Translations under genes and position numbers: made by a program
Notes under the pieces: model-generated
The model's input: the letters and a program-made list of their open reading frames with translations, nothing else
Told to the model about the DNA's origin: nothing
Database searches by the model: none
Part shown: positions 11,906-26,202 of the stretch, one piece after another
Layout: each line of letters opens with the position of its first letter
Position numbering within the stretch: position 1 is the first letter of the stretch
Origin: Octopus vulgaris
Taxonomy: Eukaryota
DNA length: 64,000 nt
Direction of reading: 5' to 3'
NCBI GenBank assembly: GCA_951406725.2
Contig: OX597826.1
Span: 10,974,001 to 11,038,000 of the forward strand

Positions 11906-13752
11906 GGCTCTTTATCATTGATAGCAAGGTAAAGTTGTTTGTAGGCACTTTATTTGGTTGAAGAATGAGAGGACCATTTATAGGTTTCGGATACTAAAAC
12001 TTCTAAATTTATGGGCAAGCATTCATCACAAGTGTGGCATACTGTCAACTTTAAAGTATGACATACACATCTAAGTAGAAGTAATGGTGGAACTTCATTT
12101 TATTTCTGGAAAACACCATTGTTGACTCCTATCATTACTCTAGCATTGTCGGTTCCTATAGCCAGTAAATTTCTTTTCCACTAATTCAGTTTTTAAGGCA
12201 TCTACAATGCCATCTGCATCACGTGTTTCTAAAGATACCATACTGAGATATATATCACTTTTTTGTGAGTGTCACTATAATATGTGATAACAATTCCTAA
12301 CAACATGTTTATCGATATATCATTGGATTCATCTAATAACAGGCTAAATTTTCTGTTTCCTATATCAGAAATCAAATAACCATCAAAATATGGAGATAGA
12401 ATATTTCTCACAATATTTGCACATTTTGTACGATGCAACTTCACTTTGGATATAATATCCCTATCAGACATTTAATTCTTACATAACTCTATTAAGTGAT
12501 CACAGCGATTAAATGATGAGTGACAACAAATAGACATTGCCAAATTTACTTCAAGCATAGATGTCTTATCATTTTTGGTTTTAATAAAATTGGTAAGAGG
12601 AATCATTTGCTTTGGAGTTGATGCCTTATGCTTCTTTGCTTTACAGTGGTTTACTAAAAGAGAATATTTTGCCAACATATTACATCTACAATATCTGCAA
12701 TGTGCTTTAGATTGGTCACTAGGTACTTCACACAACCACTTAGTAAATGCTGGCATCTTAAGCCATTCCTTTCAGAATTTTTGCTGGTACAACTTTGTTT
12801 CTTCTTTGCTCATTATAATGTGGTGGGAAGTAAGAAAATAAATTGAATGATTAATAAAAATATAGAATAGAAAACACAACTTATCAGTTTGCTGCTAACA
12901 ATTCTTTCATTCGTCATTAACGGTTCTAATGTTTGCTGCTTACAAAGTCTTGAGGTGAAGAATACTGATTCAGTTTGCAGAGTGGCCAACTTATAAATGG
13001 AAAAGTGAAATCTGCAGAAATCCTAAAACTGTGTTCTGATATAAACCTGGGAACATCATATTTCGCTTCCAATCTTACAATTAATATCTATTGGTAAAAC
13101 CACAAATATAACTACAATACTTGAAGAAAAAAAAGTAAGTAGAACTATAAAGGGGAGACCCCCACCACTGCTTAGTTCTACACAAGATATATAATCCAAA
13201 ACAAGCATGGACAAACACAGGTCTATTTTAAAACAGTCAAACTGAAAGTAAATCAGTCAACCTGTCATGATAAAAAAACTCTTCGCTACAGAATAAAGCA
13301 TTGTTAGGACGAATTTCCATACTTTCATTCTTTGCAACATACTTACATTATTGTGTAGGGAGTTCAGGTGCTGACATGAGTTATCGGCTCCCCCACCCCC
13401 AGCACCACTCTTTATCCAAGCTGGTGGTGGTGGTGGGGCCTGGAAAAGTTCATAACTTAATAAACTTCATTTGAAGTTTCAAGAAAGTGAAAGAAAAATC
13501 CAACAATAGCCGAGAGAGTACTAAAATTTGGTTATAAGATACATCAACGAAAGCAGAAAAGGAGGAAAAAGAAGAAAAATAGGTAACTATTGTGGAAATG
13601 TCATGAACAGAGAAAAATGCTAAGTATAATTTTAAACCTGCTATTTTCCCCTGCTAAATGCTAGATTCAAAAATTTCCTGCTAAACGCTGAAAAAAACAA
13701 AACAAAACAAAAAGCTAGATCTAACATAAAATATGCTAAATTGGCAACGCTG
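11906..13752 (-). mobile_element. Decayed hAT-superfamily DNA transposon
   Basis: End CAGCGTTGCCAATTT at 13752. BED-like finger (AHCRYC...H..KKH), FSLLLDESNDIS, and IGTDNA.VM.G.NNGV-like segments. Confidence 0.85.
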
Positions 13753-14292
13753 GGTTTGAATATTAGACTCGTGATCACAAGATTGTGGTTTCTCACCTGT
13801 TCATGACTTTCAGGTGTTTTATCACCTGGTACTTTAAGAGAGTATTTTCCAAATTACTGAATACAGCCTGCCAGCATATACATAATGTATGTGTGGTTAA
13901 TGATGTTCGTTACACTAGCACTGCTTCTATTTCGTATTTGAATATATCTATATAAATGTATAAAAAAATTCTATAATTATACGCATAATTATAATTAGGG
14001 TTCAGCAAAAATTGTTCACCACATACCGAAATTTAGAAATAGCAGTTAAATACTATTCCACTACCATATGATATCTCCCAGACAAGTAATTTTTGCTGAA
14101 CTCTAATTATAATTATGCTTATAATTAGAGAATTTTTGTATAAGGTTACTGATAATGGTTCTTTTAACATACTGCACTACTTAGTAAAATTATTAATTAT
14201 TAATTGATTAATTAATTTTACCTTTTATTATTATTGATATTATATAAATGTATATATATATATATGTGTGTGTGTGTGTGGTGTGTGTGTAT

Positions 14293-14602
14293 ATCACCGT
14301 GACCACCGTGACCGACCAGGCTATCAGATGTTGTTACACATCGCTGGTCATAATACGCTTCGCATTGTTTTAGCCTTCAAATGACACCACCCCGCTGGCT
14401 AAGCGAGCAGGCCAACAGAAGAAAGAATGAGAGAAATTTGTGGCGAAAAGTACAGCAGTGATCGCCACCACCCCCTGCTGGAGCCTCGTGGAGCTTTTAG
14501 GTGTTTTCGCTCAATAAACACTCACAACGCCTGGTCTGGGAATCGAAACCGCGATCCAATGACCGCAAGTCTGCTGCCCTAACCACTGGGCCAGTGCGCC
14601 TC

Positions 14603-14603
<1 letters not shown>
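14293..14603 (-). mobile_element. SINE family D variant
   Basis: Same head as 24665-25058, different tail. Confidence 0.8.
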
Positions 14604-14645
<42 letters not shown>

Positions 14646-15181
14646 CAGGGACGTGCTGCCTGGGTAGGCAAGGTAGGCAGTGCCTACCCTGAATAAAATA
14701 GATTGATAGTAACATTTTCCTTTTATGGCAAAATATGTACCTGATTCAATAAAATTTTGAAGGTTACTCTGATTACTCTGCATAAAATGCAAAATGCTTT
14801 ATTTTTTTGTAGATTAGGTAGGCATAATTCACCCCTGCTTTTCAATCTCAGTATTTAAGCTACGCATAGTATTGCTGTAGTACACTCCTACAACAACGTT
14901 TTCTTTACATGCTATAAAGGCAGAAGTAATAGTTGTGCGCCTAGGTTTCACTTATTTTTTTTATGTGTTTTACAACATAAAGGTCACCAACTGCCCACCC
15001 TGAGTAATTACTGATGGTATGTTCCTCAAATATATACACTCGCACACACATATACACACACACATGATGGGTTTCTTTCAGTTTCTCCATAACCAAATCC
15101 ATTCACAAGGCTTTGGTTGGTGTTGATCCAGAGCTATAGTAGAAGACACTTGCTCAAGGTCCTGCAAACTGGGACTGAACC

Positions 15182-15539
15182 CAACGCCGGCTCATAGTGC
15201 TAGTGCATGCATATACAGCTGCGTGCGTGCACACATACACGCGAGTACTGTCCAAATCTCCGACCAATCACATACAGCTCAGCTAGCTGGCATTCAATTG
15301 GCGTATCAAGTTTCGGGCATTTTGATTGGGTTTTGGACAGAAAATTCACAAAAAAGTCATTTCTATTGATTTTTTAATGGCTTTGTAGAGTGGCTAGGGA
15401 AATGTAAAGATGTGCACGACCATCCTCTGATGGTTTTGAATGACCATAGAAAGTGTGAGCCTTCTAACTGAAAAATTGTGGATTTGTATAAAGGACACAC
15501 ACACACACACAGACATTTTGCCGTTTATATATATAGAGA
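15182..15539 (-). mobile_element. Non-autonomous Helitron H1, truncated in the 3' hairpin
   Basis: Reverse complement of 7147-7519. Confidence 0.8.
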
Positions 15540-17250
15540 TAAAAAAATTACTATGGCTGTTTATCCACTACCAAAATATATGCAGTTACAGAAATGAATA
15601 TTGGTAAATAAGAATATACCAAGGTTCAGGAAGCTGAGTTTGGGAAGATGGGACTAGACACTGTTAGTTACCCATCTCCATGGTTTGAAAATTGAGGAAA
15701 TGCTCACACCCCTGTGTACTTTCCACTAAATCCCCATTTATAATATAAGGATAAAGATCATTCCAAAGTTATACAGACTTACGGGGCCAGTTTCCTGGTT
15801 CCTGCGATACATATATTACCTTCTGGACAAGATGCTGGTTCAAAAGTGGCAGATAAATGGAAAAAATAAAATCAATAGAGATATTTTTTTTTTGCAAAGA
15901 AACTTAAAAGCTTGGCTTGTGGGAACCTGTAGGTCATGTGTCATGAATGTATTATTTTTCTCTCTGCTTTTATGAATTTCAATGATGGAAATAGGGGTAA
16001 TGGTGGGGGTGGAGGCGTGTAGCTTAGTGGTTAAAGTGTTGGACTCATGGTCGCAAGATTGTGGTTTCAATTCATGGACTGGGTAACAGATTGTGTCCTT
16101 CAGCAAAATACTTCATTTCACATTATTCTAGTCTGCTTATCTGGTTAAAATGCGACAGACTAGCGTCCGGTCCAGGGGTGATATATGCATCATGGAAACC
16201 AGGAAATTCACCCTGTAAGTCTGTTTGACTTTGGAATGATCTTTATCCTTATATCATAAATAGGGGTTTGGTGGGGAGTACACAGGGGTATGGCATTTCC
16301 CTAATTTTACCCCAATGGACGTCATTGATTGGTTGAAATTGCAGAAAGTGAAGAAAAAAATAACAAAAATATCTTACAAACTATAGAATTTTCTCAATAA
16401 AGCCAAGAAAAAAAGATGTTTTATAAACACATTCTACCAGTATATGAAGTTTAAAATTTTTTAGTTACAAAGAAATTATTTTAAAAACTGCCGTTCAAAC
16501 CGAAAAGATCCCAAATAAGAAAACGGAGAAACAAATTTAGTTTCTTCATCAACTTTCGGATATTATAATGTTGGATTATTTATTCATTTTACAAATGAGA
16601 ACATCAAAAGCATACAAATATATCCTATAATTCAATACATATAAGATATAAGGTAAGAATACAAATTATAAAAGTCATGATTTCATTAATTTATATTATG
16701 ACTTTTATAATTAGTGTTCTTATCTTATATCTTATATGTATTGAATTATAAGATATATATGTATAATATTGATGTTCTCATTTTGTTCAATGAATAAATA
16801 ATCCAACATTATAATATCCGTAAGTTGATGAACAAACCAAATTGGTTTCTCCATTTTCTTATTCTTATTATAATTTTATGATAAAAATATTTCTTTACCT
16901 TCACCCGTTTAATACAATAAATGAGTTAATTGCATTGCAATTAAAAACATTTATGTATTAAGAATCTGGGTACTTTACCAACAGTATATTGGATAAATGC
17001 TATCCCATAGTGGGTTACACCCATAACCCCTATCTTACTTGTTTACTATATATATATATTTATTCACATAATAGTGGGAAATATTACTTTGTTAGGAAAC
17101 AGGTGAGTGTTGGTGACAGGTAGAGCAGTTGGTTGTTAATTATAACATTAAATTTGATTCTGGATGTTGTTAAGAAAAATTTGTCGGAGCACTATTGTTC
17201 TCCCGTGTGCCACAGGTCACATTTGAGTTTTTTTCAAAGGGCAGTGTATG

Positions 17251-17553
17251 TGGAGGGCACATGGCGTAGTGGTTAGAGCAGCAGACTCGCGGTCAAGGGA
17301 TCGCGGGTTCGAATCTCAGACAGGGCGATGTGTGTGTTTATGAGCGAAACATCTGAGCTCCATGCGGATCCGGCAGAAGTTAATGGCAAACTTCTGCTGA
17401 CTCTTTCGCCACAACTCTCTCTCACTCTTTCCTCCTGCATCTTGCAGCTCACCTGCGACGGACCAGCGTCCCGTCCAGGTGGGGAACCTATATGCCAAGG
17501 AAACCGGGAAACCGGCCCTTATGAGCCAAGCATGGCTCGAGAAGGAACAAACA
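17251..17553 (+). mobile_element. SINE family D variant
   Basis: tRNA-like head; TSD CAAAGG(G/A)CAGTGT. Confidence 0.8.
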
Positions 17554-18103
17554 AAGGACAGTGTGGCAAGTGATCAGAGCTAAAGTACTTTTAATCCTGA
17601 TTAGAAACTCATATCTTTGGAATTTTTAGTTGTCTTAGATCTTATGTAAAGCACATTTGAGGTCAAGATTTGTCAGTAGCGCTGGGTTAGCCATTAAGCA
17701 AAATAATCATGTGCTTAGGGCATCAAAGGAAGTGGGGGGATGGAGGAGGGCACCCCAGAACTGGTAAAGAAATAACTTCAAACGTGCTAAAATGATATTG
17801 GAAGTGATTTATATGACCGGAAATACAATTACCAGATATCTTATGTAGGATTAATTTTGAGGATCTGACCAAAGACTTTGCAATTAAGAAAAAAAGGAGA
17901 AAACGCTTCAAATATAAATAAAGTGGAAGTATACAGAAATAAACATTATTTTCCATCTTTTTGTTAATTTTGTTTCATTTTGAAAAATTTAAATTTATTC
18001 TATGGTTTATTATTTATATTTTGAATTGCCTTATATGGGGGTACCAAAATCTTTTATGTGCTTATGGCCTCTATGGGCCTGATAATCAGCATAGAATTCT
18101 GAC

Positions 18104-18326
18104 ACAGAATCGTTAGCACGCCGGACGAAATGCTTAGCAGTATTTCGTCTGCCGTTACGTTCTGAGTTCAAATTCCGCCGAGGTCGACTTTGCCTTTCAT
18201 CCTTTCGGGGTCGATAAATTAAGTACCAGTTGCGCACTGGAGTCGATGTAATTGACTTGATCCGTTTTTCTGTCCTTGTTTGTCCCCTCTGTGTTTAGCC
18301 CCTTGTGGGTAGTAAAGAAAGAGGTA
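18104..18326 (+). mobile_element. SINE family B (GCCTTTCATCCTTTCGGGGTCGATAAATTAAGTACCAG core, resembles the Meta-SINE domain)
   Basis: Other copies at 3597-3785(-), 4520-4615(-), 10338-10412(+), 27952-28140(-), 60869-61040(+). Confidence 0.85.
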
Positions 18327-19940
18327 TTATGATGCACAGGTTAAGCATGATTGTCAGTCAGTGTAGTAATTAAAATTTGTTAGTATGCTAAAAAATGGGT
18401 GAAATGAAGTTTCATTTTGAACATATGGTCATAGATATCAGGGATGGAATATATACATAAATGCATTAATGGTCAGGTTATAGTAAATTTTATATTTTAT
18501 TTTTCAGGTGAGGTTTTTTTTGTATTGATTTTACATAATATTTACTAGAAGACAGAGGACGGCCAAGATAAAGAGAAAATAATGATTGTGACTGCAACAC
18601 CTTTGATCGTAGGTCTGCTCAATAATGCTGATCTATTTACTAAGCAATAACAGTCATATTTTATTCAAAGCAAAAAATCCATATTAGAAAGTCAATCGAA
18701 AGCGAAAATAAAAAAAAATTAGTGATCCGGTCATTTGCGTATCGATTGGGCTATGTCTGACATAATTTTTCTTATTTAAAAAAAAATTGGAGAGTTTCTT
18801 TTTCACAACTAAATTTATTTGATACGCGTAAATTATATTACGTTTCGACCGTTTAAATTATAACAAAGTTCAATGTGTCTTCCATTCGTTGACGATAATG
18901 ATGATCGAAGAGTATAGAGTACCGAATTATTGATGAAAGAAAGCTGTCTTCACTTTTGCCTACTTATCTTTCAGTTTCAAAAAATATGAATAATAGTAAT
19001 GATAATGATGGTGGTGGTTCTGGTAGAAGTAATGTAGTAATGCTCTGTTAAAAAAGAATAAATTACATGAACCAATTACTGTAAGAGTGGCTTTCATTCA
19101 TTGGCAATTTGTGAACCATAACTCACAAACCATTTCTAAGAAGTGCGGATCCAGTAGGAATGGACTTCTTTGGACTTATAAATGACAATTAGTAACCGGC
19201 AGTGTCAGCTGACAACTGCAAAGATTAATTGAAAGCTGATAGTTGAGATGAAAACCAAGAAAAACTGAAATCTAACGGAAAAACAATATGTGGAAAAACA
19301 AAAACTATTTTGTTTAATTATCACGGTACGCTATAGTTCAGGATCGCTTCTGCTTAGGCTCTGTCACTTCTTAATCGAATAAATATATGATCGAAGGTGC
19401 TCAGGCTAAGGTTGTCCCGTTTTTTTTTTGTATATCTAGAATTACTTGTTCAGTGTATACTTCCTTTTATGTTAAAGGAGTAAGGTGCGATTTGAGGGAC
19501 TCTGAGTGCAACCTTTAGCAAACCGCAAAGAAGCATCTCCGCTGATATTTTCTTCTTTTATTTTTTTATCTCCAGGCCAGAACAATCGAATAAACCAATA
19601 ATAAAATATATTTCAAACCCGATCATTAATCAATGCATGTGACTTCTTTTTTTGTTTTCTAAGATGACAGGGCAGTATATTTGCTGGAATCTGGCTGTTA
19701 TTTCTAGCAGGCAGAGCGACCGCGTTAAGACAGATAGTGTTTACACAATGTGACATCTCCTCAGACGGAGCCGACACTTTAGTTTCCATTTCCTTTTATA
19801 ACACAATAATAAATCAGTTCAGCTTTTGATGTAATTATCCCGTCGAGGCGAAGAACGATAAATAAAAGTTTAATGAAAGGTGCTACGAAACAGGTTGTAC
19901 ATAGCTAAGGTGCTCGTTTTGAAAAACAAAGGGGTTATGT

Positions 19941-20052
19941 GATTGGACAATTGCGATTATGCTACGCAGCATTTGATTGGTTGATTTTAACGTCTCTCAT
20001 TTATAATTGCATTATATCTTTTATGGTTAGTGTGTGTGTAAACTGCTATAAG
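19941..20052 (+). promoter_or_regulatory. Probable ELOVL4 core promoter: two reverse CCAAT boxes (ATTGG at 19942 and 19976) and TATAAG at 20047
   Basis: Motifs are visible ~160-270 nt upstream of an ATG in strong Kozak context. The surrounding region (~18.4-21 kb) is SINE-free and retains CpG. Confidence 0.5.
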
Positions 20053-20212
20053 TAGTGTAGGTGTATAGCGTAGTCCTATGTGTGTGTTTATGTGTATGTT
20101 TCTGTATGTGTAGGTGCTCCCACTGCGTAATCGCTGTTGCCGCACTTGTTTATGTCGCTGCTCTGATCAAGTCGGTATTTCACTTGGCCAGTCTTCTTTT
20201 ATTTTTTACACC

Positions 20213-20245
20213 ATGGCTAGCGGCTACTCGTGGGTTTACTTTGAG
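20213..20245 (+). CDS. ELOVL4: Probable first coding exon of ELOVL4-like elongase (MASGYSWVYFE)
   Basis: ACACCATGG Kozak context, 11 codons, phase-0 donor GAG|gtaaag. It splices in frame to GAT AAA ATG at 49453. Confidence 0.6.
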
Positions 20246-21157
20246 GTAAAGTGCTCTACCGTTATAACTGATTATTAATTTACAATTATTATTAATAATA
20301 ATGATAATACATTTATTCTTTTCTCTCATATTTCTTCTACACGTCTGACACTTTCTCATTTCCAGTTGTCAAATCTATTAAAAAAAGAAGAAAAAAGATA
20401 AATCAAATCATAAAATAGTATTGAGGAAAATACGCACATTTTAACATTCTCTTTCGTTTTTATTTTCGAAAGAAAATCTTATTAATTTTTCACACGGAAA
20501 GAAAATTGTTGAAATATACATTTTAAATTGCTTTTAAGAAAATCTCGAATTGTTGCAACTCTCTTAATTGCGACCTGCTTACTCATGTGTGGTGAAGTTT
20601 GGTTTCGCTTCTTCACGGTTGCTCGGTTCAATGGCTCTATTGTTAGTCCAATTACTTGTTGGTGATCGGGAGTATCATTGTCCATTTGTACATAAAAGAA
20701 AAAAATCTAATGTCTAGTGGTACGAAATCGTTATCCTGTTTTAAGGCTTTGTGTGTGTCTATGGAGTATCTCAATTCATCTTTTATCCCTCTTAACCCTT
20801 CATTTACTGCAAGAAACTGTTCTTGATGGCAGGTTTAAGTACCTTGCAAAACCCCCAAACCGGTTTTGCTGATACTCTTTGAGTAAGCGTGAGTATCACA
20901 GATACTCTGTTCTCTTCGTGATTACAGCTGAATATATTCAATATTATAATTTACCTTTCAAATAGCTTTTCATATTTCGAATAGCTGGAGTATGTTGAGA
21001 TTATATATATATATACTTTATTTAAAGCAGCAGAAAATTCAACAAAACCTGTTACTCTGAGTTCTGCTGCTTTAAATAAAGCATATTACTCTACCACTGG
21101 TATTTGAGTACTCTTTTTTCTACCTTGTTTCACATTTATGTGTTTACTCCGGTATAT

Positions 21158-21211
<54 letters not shown>

Positions 21212-24200
21212 GGTATTTTGCTTAATATTAAGTTTCGTATATGTTGCTAAGGCGTGAACATCAGTTTATCTTATCTCTTGTGCATTTCGAGGCCCCATGC
21301 CTTTACGTCTGAGGAACTATAGTTTCATTTCAGTTAGGGTTATGTGTGCTTCTGTTATTCAATCCCTACTTCCTGAATCCCTTTCTCTTTTTTTAGTTCG
21401 CAACTAGAGACATGACTAATTTTTCGGATCCTGGGTTTCAACGTCATTAATTTTTAAGTCAGAAATAAAGTAGATAGAGAGATCCCGAGGTATTATTTAA
21501 AACTTATTTTATTGTCCGCTAATATACCTTCTTTGGCATTTGAACAGGATTTAAAAGGAAAGAAGAGCCCTAATTCAGATGTTAGCTATCTATTAATCTA
21601 TTAAATAACTTTTTTTTATTTATATATAAACGTTGGGCTTTGTAGGTTTATTTGATGAAAACGAAATCAGAATGTGTAACTTTCATACACTATTGATTTA
21701 AACATTTTTTTCTACTTGGATTCCGAACCGGGTCACCAACTCATCATACCGGGACCTTATTTTACCTTCAGTATAGCAAATAATGAAAAAGAAAGCATGA
21801 AAAATTAGATGAATATATTCCTCTTAATGCTTCAATCGTTTTACTTTTTACATAGGTGAAATTATATCCTAATTTTTGCAAAGTAAAAGCCTATTTCATT
21901 AATTTTATTATTGCAAATACATATATTTTGATTTTAAAATATTACTATTTTTGTTATACGGTAATCTATTCCACATATTTAGAATTCTTTTGCATGTTTT
22001 AAGTCAGGAATTTCGTAATACTTTTTCTTTCACTCCAATTTTTTCCAGTTTTTAAAAGAACTATAGTTTTCTGTATAGAAATAGGAAATCGGAACAGATG
22101 AAAATATATGTGAAAATAAACAGTTCTGTTTTTCTTTTATCCCCTTCGTCATTTATGAATCACCCTTCAAGAGGTGTTGTAATTTCTCTTACAACTTCGG
22201 GAGGTCCTAAAATTGGAAACTGCCAAGTCTAATGTAATACATATTCAAACCAAATTTTATATTCTTTTAGGTTTTCCTGTTAAAGCTATTTATTTATTTT
22301 TTCAAGTTTTTATTTCACTGCTCGTCCACATTCTCTTGTAAACAGAATTATTCTTGGTATTCTTTCCTAGGGTCCGTCACACACTTAATTGACTTGGTGA
22401 GATGTTCTCATCTCCTTTAGTTACTATATCTTTAAGATAATTTCTAAAGGATCGCATTAGCTACTCGAATTTTTGTCATCCTAACTGTTTATATGGCTAC
22501 TACTATCATTGTTAGATGTTTTCAAACAGGCCATTAAAGAGTTGCCGGTTGAGCTGTTGAGATATTTGAATTAAAAGCAATAAGTGGTTAGTCTATTTGG
22601 TTCTGTCGTGCGTACATTTTACATGAAAATCACGAGTTTAGGATGAACTGTTAATATGTATAAGCAAAAATAAGAAAGGTGTAAATGGCTGATGCTTGGC
22701 AGTACCCACGCACAGCCATCATTATATGTGTGTAATTGATAAAAATTACTGATGTTGAGAGATTTTATTAGTCGAATGAATAATAATAATAAAATAATCA
22801 TTTTACTGCATGGCTCCCGCTTCTTCGTGCTGGATGGATGAATAACTACATATGTAATTTGTTGCATGACTAGAATATTTAAAAAAAAAGTAAAAGAAAA
22901 ATGTATTTGAGGCCTGCTGTGGTTCTTTGTTGTCTGATGCAACCAATACTCAAAATCTCCAAATAACATTTATTAAAAGAAACCAGAAAGGCTATACACA
23001 TCCATGAAAAATGATGTGTGTAGAAGGAAGTCATTCCTTGAATTGTAAATGCGGAACATTTAAGAAATCATGGTTAAAGGTGGGGAGCTCTTAAAACGTT
23101 CATTTTGTTCTAAAATTGGCAGCAGCCTACATTTTCATATAAATATAGGTCTTGCTGTTTTCCTGGTAAATGTTCCTTCGTGATATCCAATTTCCTTATT
23201 CTAATTATATTTCTCAGCAATACCTGCCTTCTCAATTATCACGAAACTGCTTCTTAATGCCTTTTTCTTTTTATCTTATTGACAACTTCAAGAAACACCA
23301 CCAGGGTCTCATTTCTTTAATCCAAGTATTTCTTAGCCTAACTTTCAAACCCGCTACCTATCTTGCAAATACTGTCCCATCAGGTAGCTTACAAGAAGTT
23401 CAAAACTTAGGTCTCTTCAGTACAGGTAATAAAAGTGCTTTAAATTAAAAAAAGAAAAACAACAAAAAACTCATTATAGCTCGTAGCTCACTTGAGATAC
23501 TTAAGTAGGGTTCAGGAGGGGTGGGCAATACTATACTTTTGTCTCCGTTTCTCTTCAATTCTGATACAACCAATACTTTACGATCTCCAAATCCCAACCA
23601 CTCAGCAAAGAAGCCTGTATTTAGTCAATCGTCTTGTTTGAAATAGCTGCCTAATTTCCTTCAGATATATCCTACTGCCCTAAAAAAAAGTTACTTTGAG
23701 TAAAGTAATCTTATATACTTCTAAAAAAACAGGATGGTTGCGACTGGAATGTCTTTGATCAAAAGCCACTCCAATCAGGGCTTACCTGGGGTTCATTCAT
23801 GGCTGCTGCAATGCAATTCTACTAAGGAAGAAAGCCGGCTACAACAGGTGGAACTAGTTACTTATGATTTACTAACTCAGAGCTATTTACTTACTATTGC
23901 AAAGCCACCATCTGAAAATCTTTTGGGGACTGCATGGCATGCAAGAAAGCTTGCATGCCATGCAGTTCACCCGGTCCTTTTCTAAGATGGTCCCAACCAA
24001 TTTTGCAAAATTTTTCTATTCATCATTCCTATTCCCAATCAAACTAGTTCAGTACTTGTGCCATCTGAAAGCTTAGTCACACAGGGTAAGTGCCTAGAGG
24101 CCTAATTCTGATCTATGTATGTTGTGGCTTACTGTCAGTAATAAATACATACTATAAGACCCAGTGCATTGATTTACTCGGGTGTCATTAAGACAGCCTT

Positions 24201-24664
24201 GAGAAGCAGTCCTGTAGATTAAGCCACTTGTTTGTGTCTTATTTTGCTTCTGGTTCCATACTGTGTGCACACAACACAATTTCTAAATTCTTTCTTATGG
24301 TTTCATTTAAATCAATTCTAATTTACGCTTTATTTGGTGCTACTTTAGCTGTGTTTCACAGCATAGAGAGTATCCACTCTCTATGCTGTGAAATGTCCTA
24401 ATCTCTGTTAGGGGTTAAACCTTAGGGTTAGGATTAGACTGCTTGCTAAAGTGTAAATGGTTTGATAGACTGCATGCTGTAGTGGCACTCTTTTTTTCTG
24501 TTCACACACTAGTGATCATTCACTTTTGAGAACTTCCACTTAAGCAGTATTTAACTCTCTCTTTCTAGCATGACTCTCTCAGGTATGGACATAGTTGTCC
24601 ACACCTAAGAGCTCCATCAATTTGGACCAGAAGATTTTTGCTTGACCATTCCATTGCAGTTTCT

Positions 24665-25058
24665 GCTGTTGCTGTTGAGCGAAGCAGTCTTCGTCCCAGA
24701 GCTTGCAAGATCACGCCTCTGTAGTGGGAGAAGTCCAAAACGTGGTCCTTTGCTTTTCACAAGACCCACAGAAAAGAAAGCAAGTCAACCCCCGACACTG
24801 AGAGCATCGACGGATAGCTGAATGTGCATCCAGGCTCAGCGGTTGCGTAGGAAGTTGGGGACAAGAAACAGGAAGAAAGAGTGAGAGAAAGTTGGAGAGA
24901 AAGAGTACAACAGGGGTCGCCACTATCCTCCTGCCGGAGTCTCGTGGTGCTTTAGGTGTTTTCGCTCAATAAACACACACAACGCCCAGTCTGGGAATCG
25001 AAACCACGATCCTCCGACCGCGAGTCCGCTGCCCTAACCACTGGGCCATTGCGCCTCC
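24665..25058 (-). mobile_element. tRNA-Arg-like SINE family D (possibly the octopus OR type)
   Basis: Head GGAGGCGCAATGGCCCAGTGGTTAGGGCAGCGGACTCGCGGTC (TCG anticodon position); TSD CCA(C/T)TGCAGTTTCT. Truncated copy at 39790-40088(-). Confidence 0.8.
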
Positions 25059-25660
25059 ACTGCAGTTTCTACTGGCAGGGTTCTCTCCAGCCCGTATTTA
25101 ATATTCAGTCATGTCTTCCACATTCTTTGTTTATATTTATGATCTAAATACCTTTACTTCAGAAAATAAAATCTTGCATTGGTGTTATGATATCACCCAT
25201 CACTAGTTAACTTTGAACACAACATGGACATTATATACATGCTCTTTAGATTCAGAGCGCAGGCATTTGCTGGGTACTTAAGCATTGCAACCATTTGGGT
25301 ATATCCTACTATGTACAGTCTTGAGTATCTCCTACTGTAGTCCCAAGCTGACCAAATCCTTGTGAGTGGAGTTCGTAGACAAACTAAAACAAAAAGCCCA
25401 TTGTGTGTGTGTGTCTGTTGTCTTGTCTTGATATCGTTTGATAGTTGAAAATGAATGTCACCCTCAGATATGCAGTGCAACTCATTTCCAATATTTTGCC
25501 AAAACACATCTAGCCATAGGGATATGTTACCTTGTTTGGAAGCAGGTGAGGGGTTGGTAATAGGAAGGGCATTTGGTTGTAGAAAATCTACCTTAATGAA
25601 AGCTCTGTCCAACCAATTTAATCACTGGAAAGTGCTCGTTAAAACACTGCTGATATATAT

Positions 25661-25995
25661 CATGGCTCAGTGGTTAGAGCGTCGAGCTTACAATCGTGAG
25701 GTTGTGAGTTCGAATCCCAGACTGGGCTGTGTGTTGTGTTCTTGAGCAAGACACTTTATTTCATGTTGCTCCTGTCCACTCAGCTGTAGAAATGAGTTGT
25801 GATGTCACAGGTGCCAAGCCATATCGGCCCCTTTGCCTTTCCCTTGGATAACACTGGTGGCGTGGAGAAGGGAGGCCGGTATGCATGGGCAACTGCTGGT
25901 CTTCCATAAACAACCTTGCCTGGACTTGTGCCTGGGAGGGGAACTTTTAAGGTACAATCCCATGGTCAATCAGTCATGACCGAAGGGGGTCTCAG
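25661..25995 (+). mobile_element. tRNA-derived SINE family C (GTGTTCTTGAGCAAGACAC...CACTCAGCTGTA core)
   Basis: A box TGGCTCAGTGG, B box GAGTTCGAATCC. Related copies at 5460-5570(-), 16011-16235, 37375-37690(-), 42162-42460, 55095-55400, 61294-61550. Confidence 0.8.
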
Positions 25996-26160
25996 CAGTA
26001 TATATATATACACACATTTTTTCTCTTGTTTTGTGTGTCCCTTTCTGTAGAGAGCGTAGGCTCAAACGTAAAAGACGTTTTCTATTCTGAGCGTTATACT
26101 AATGCATCTGTTTGTTTTGTACACCACCTGTCTTCGTCCTTTGGTTTTCGTAAACTCTCC

Positions 26161-26202
<42 letters not shown>

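Noticed and set aside
17251-17330. tRNA-like sequences (also ~24985-25058 and 25661-25730)
   Set aside because: SINE heads: no paired acceptor stem, and they continue into SINE bodies with TSDs.
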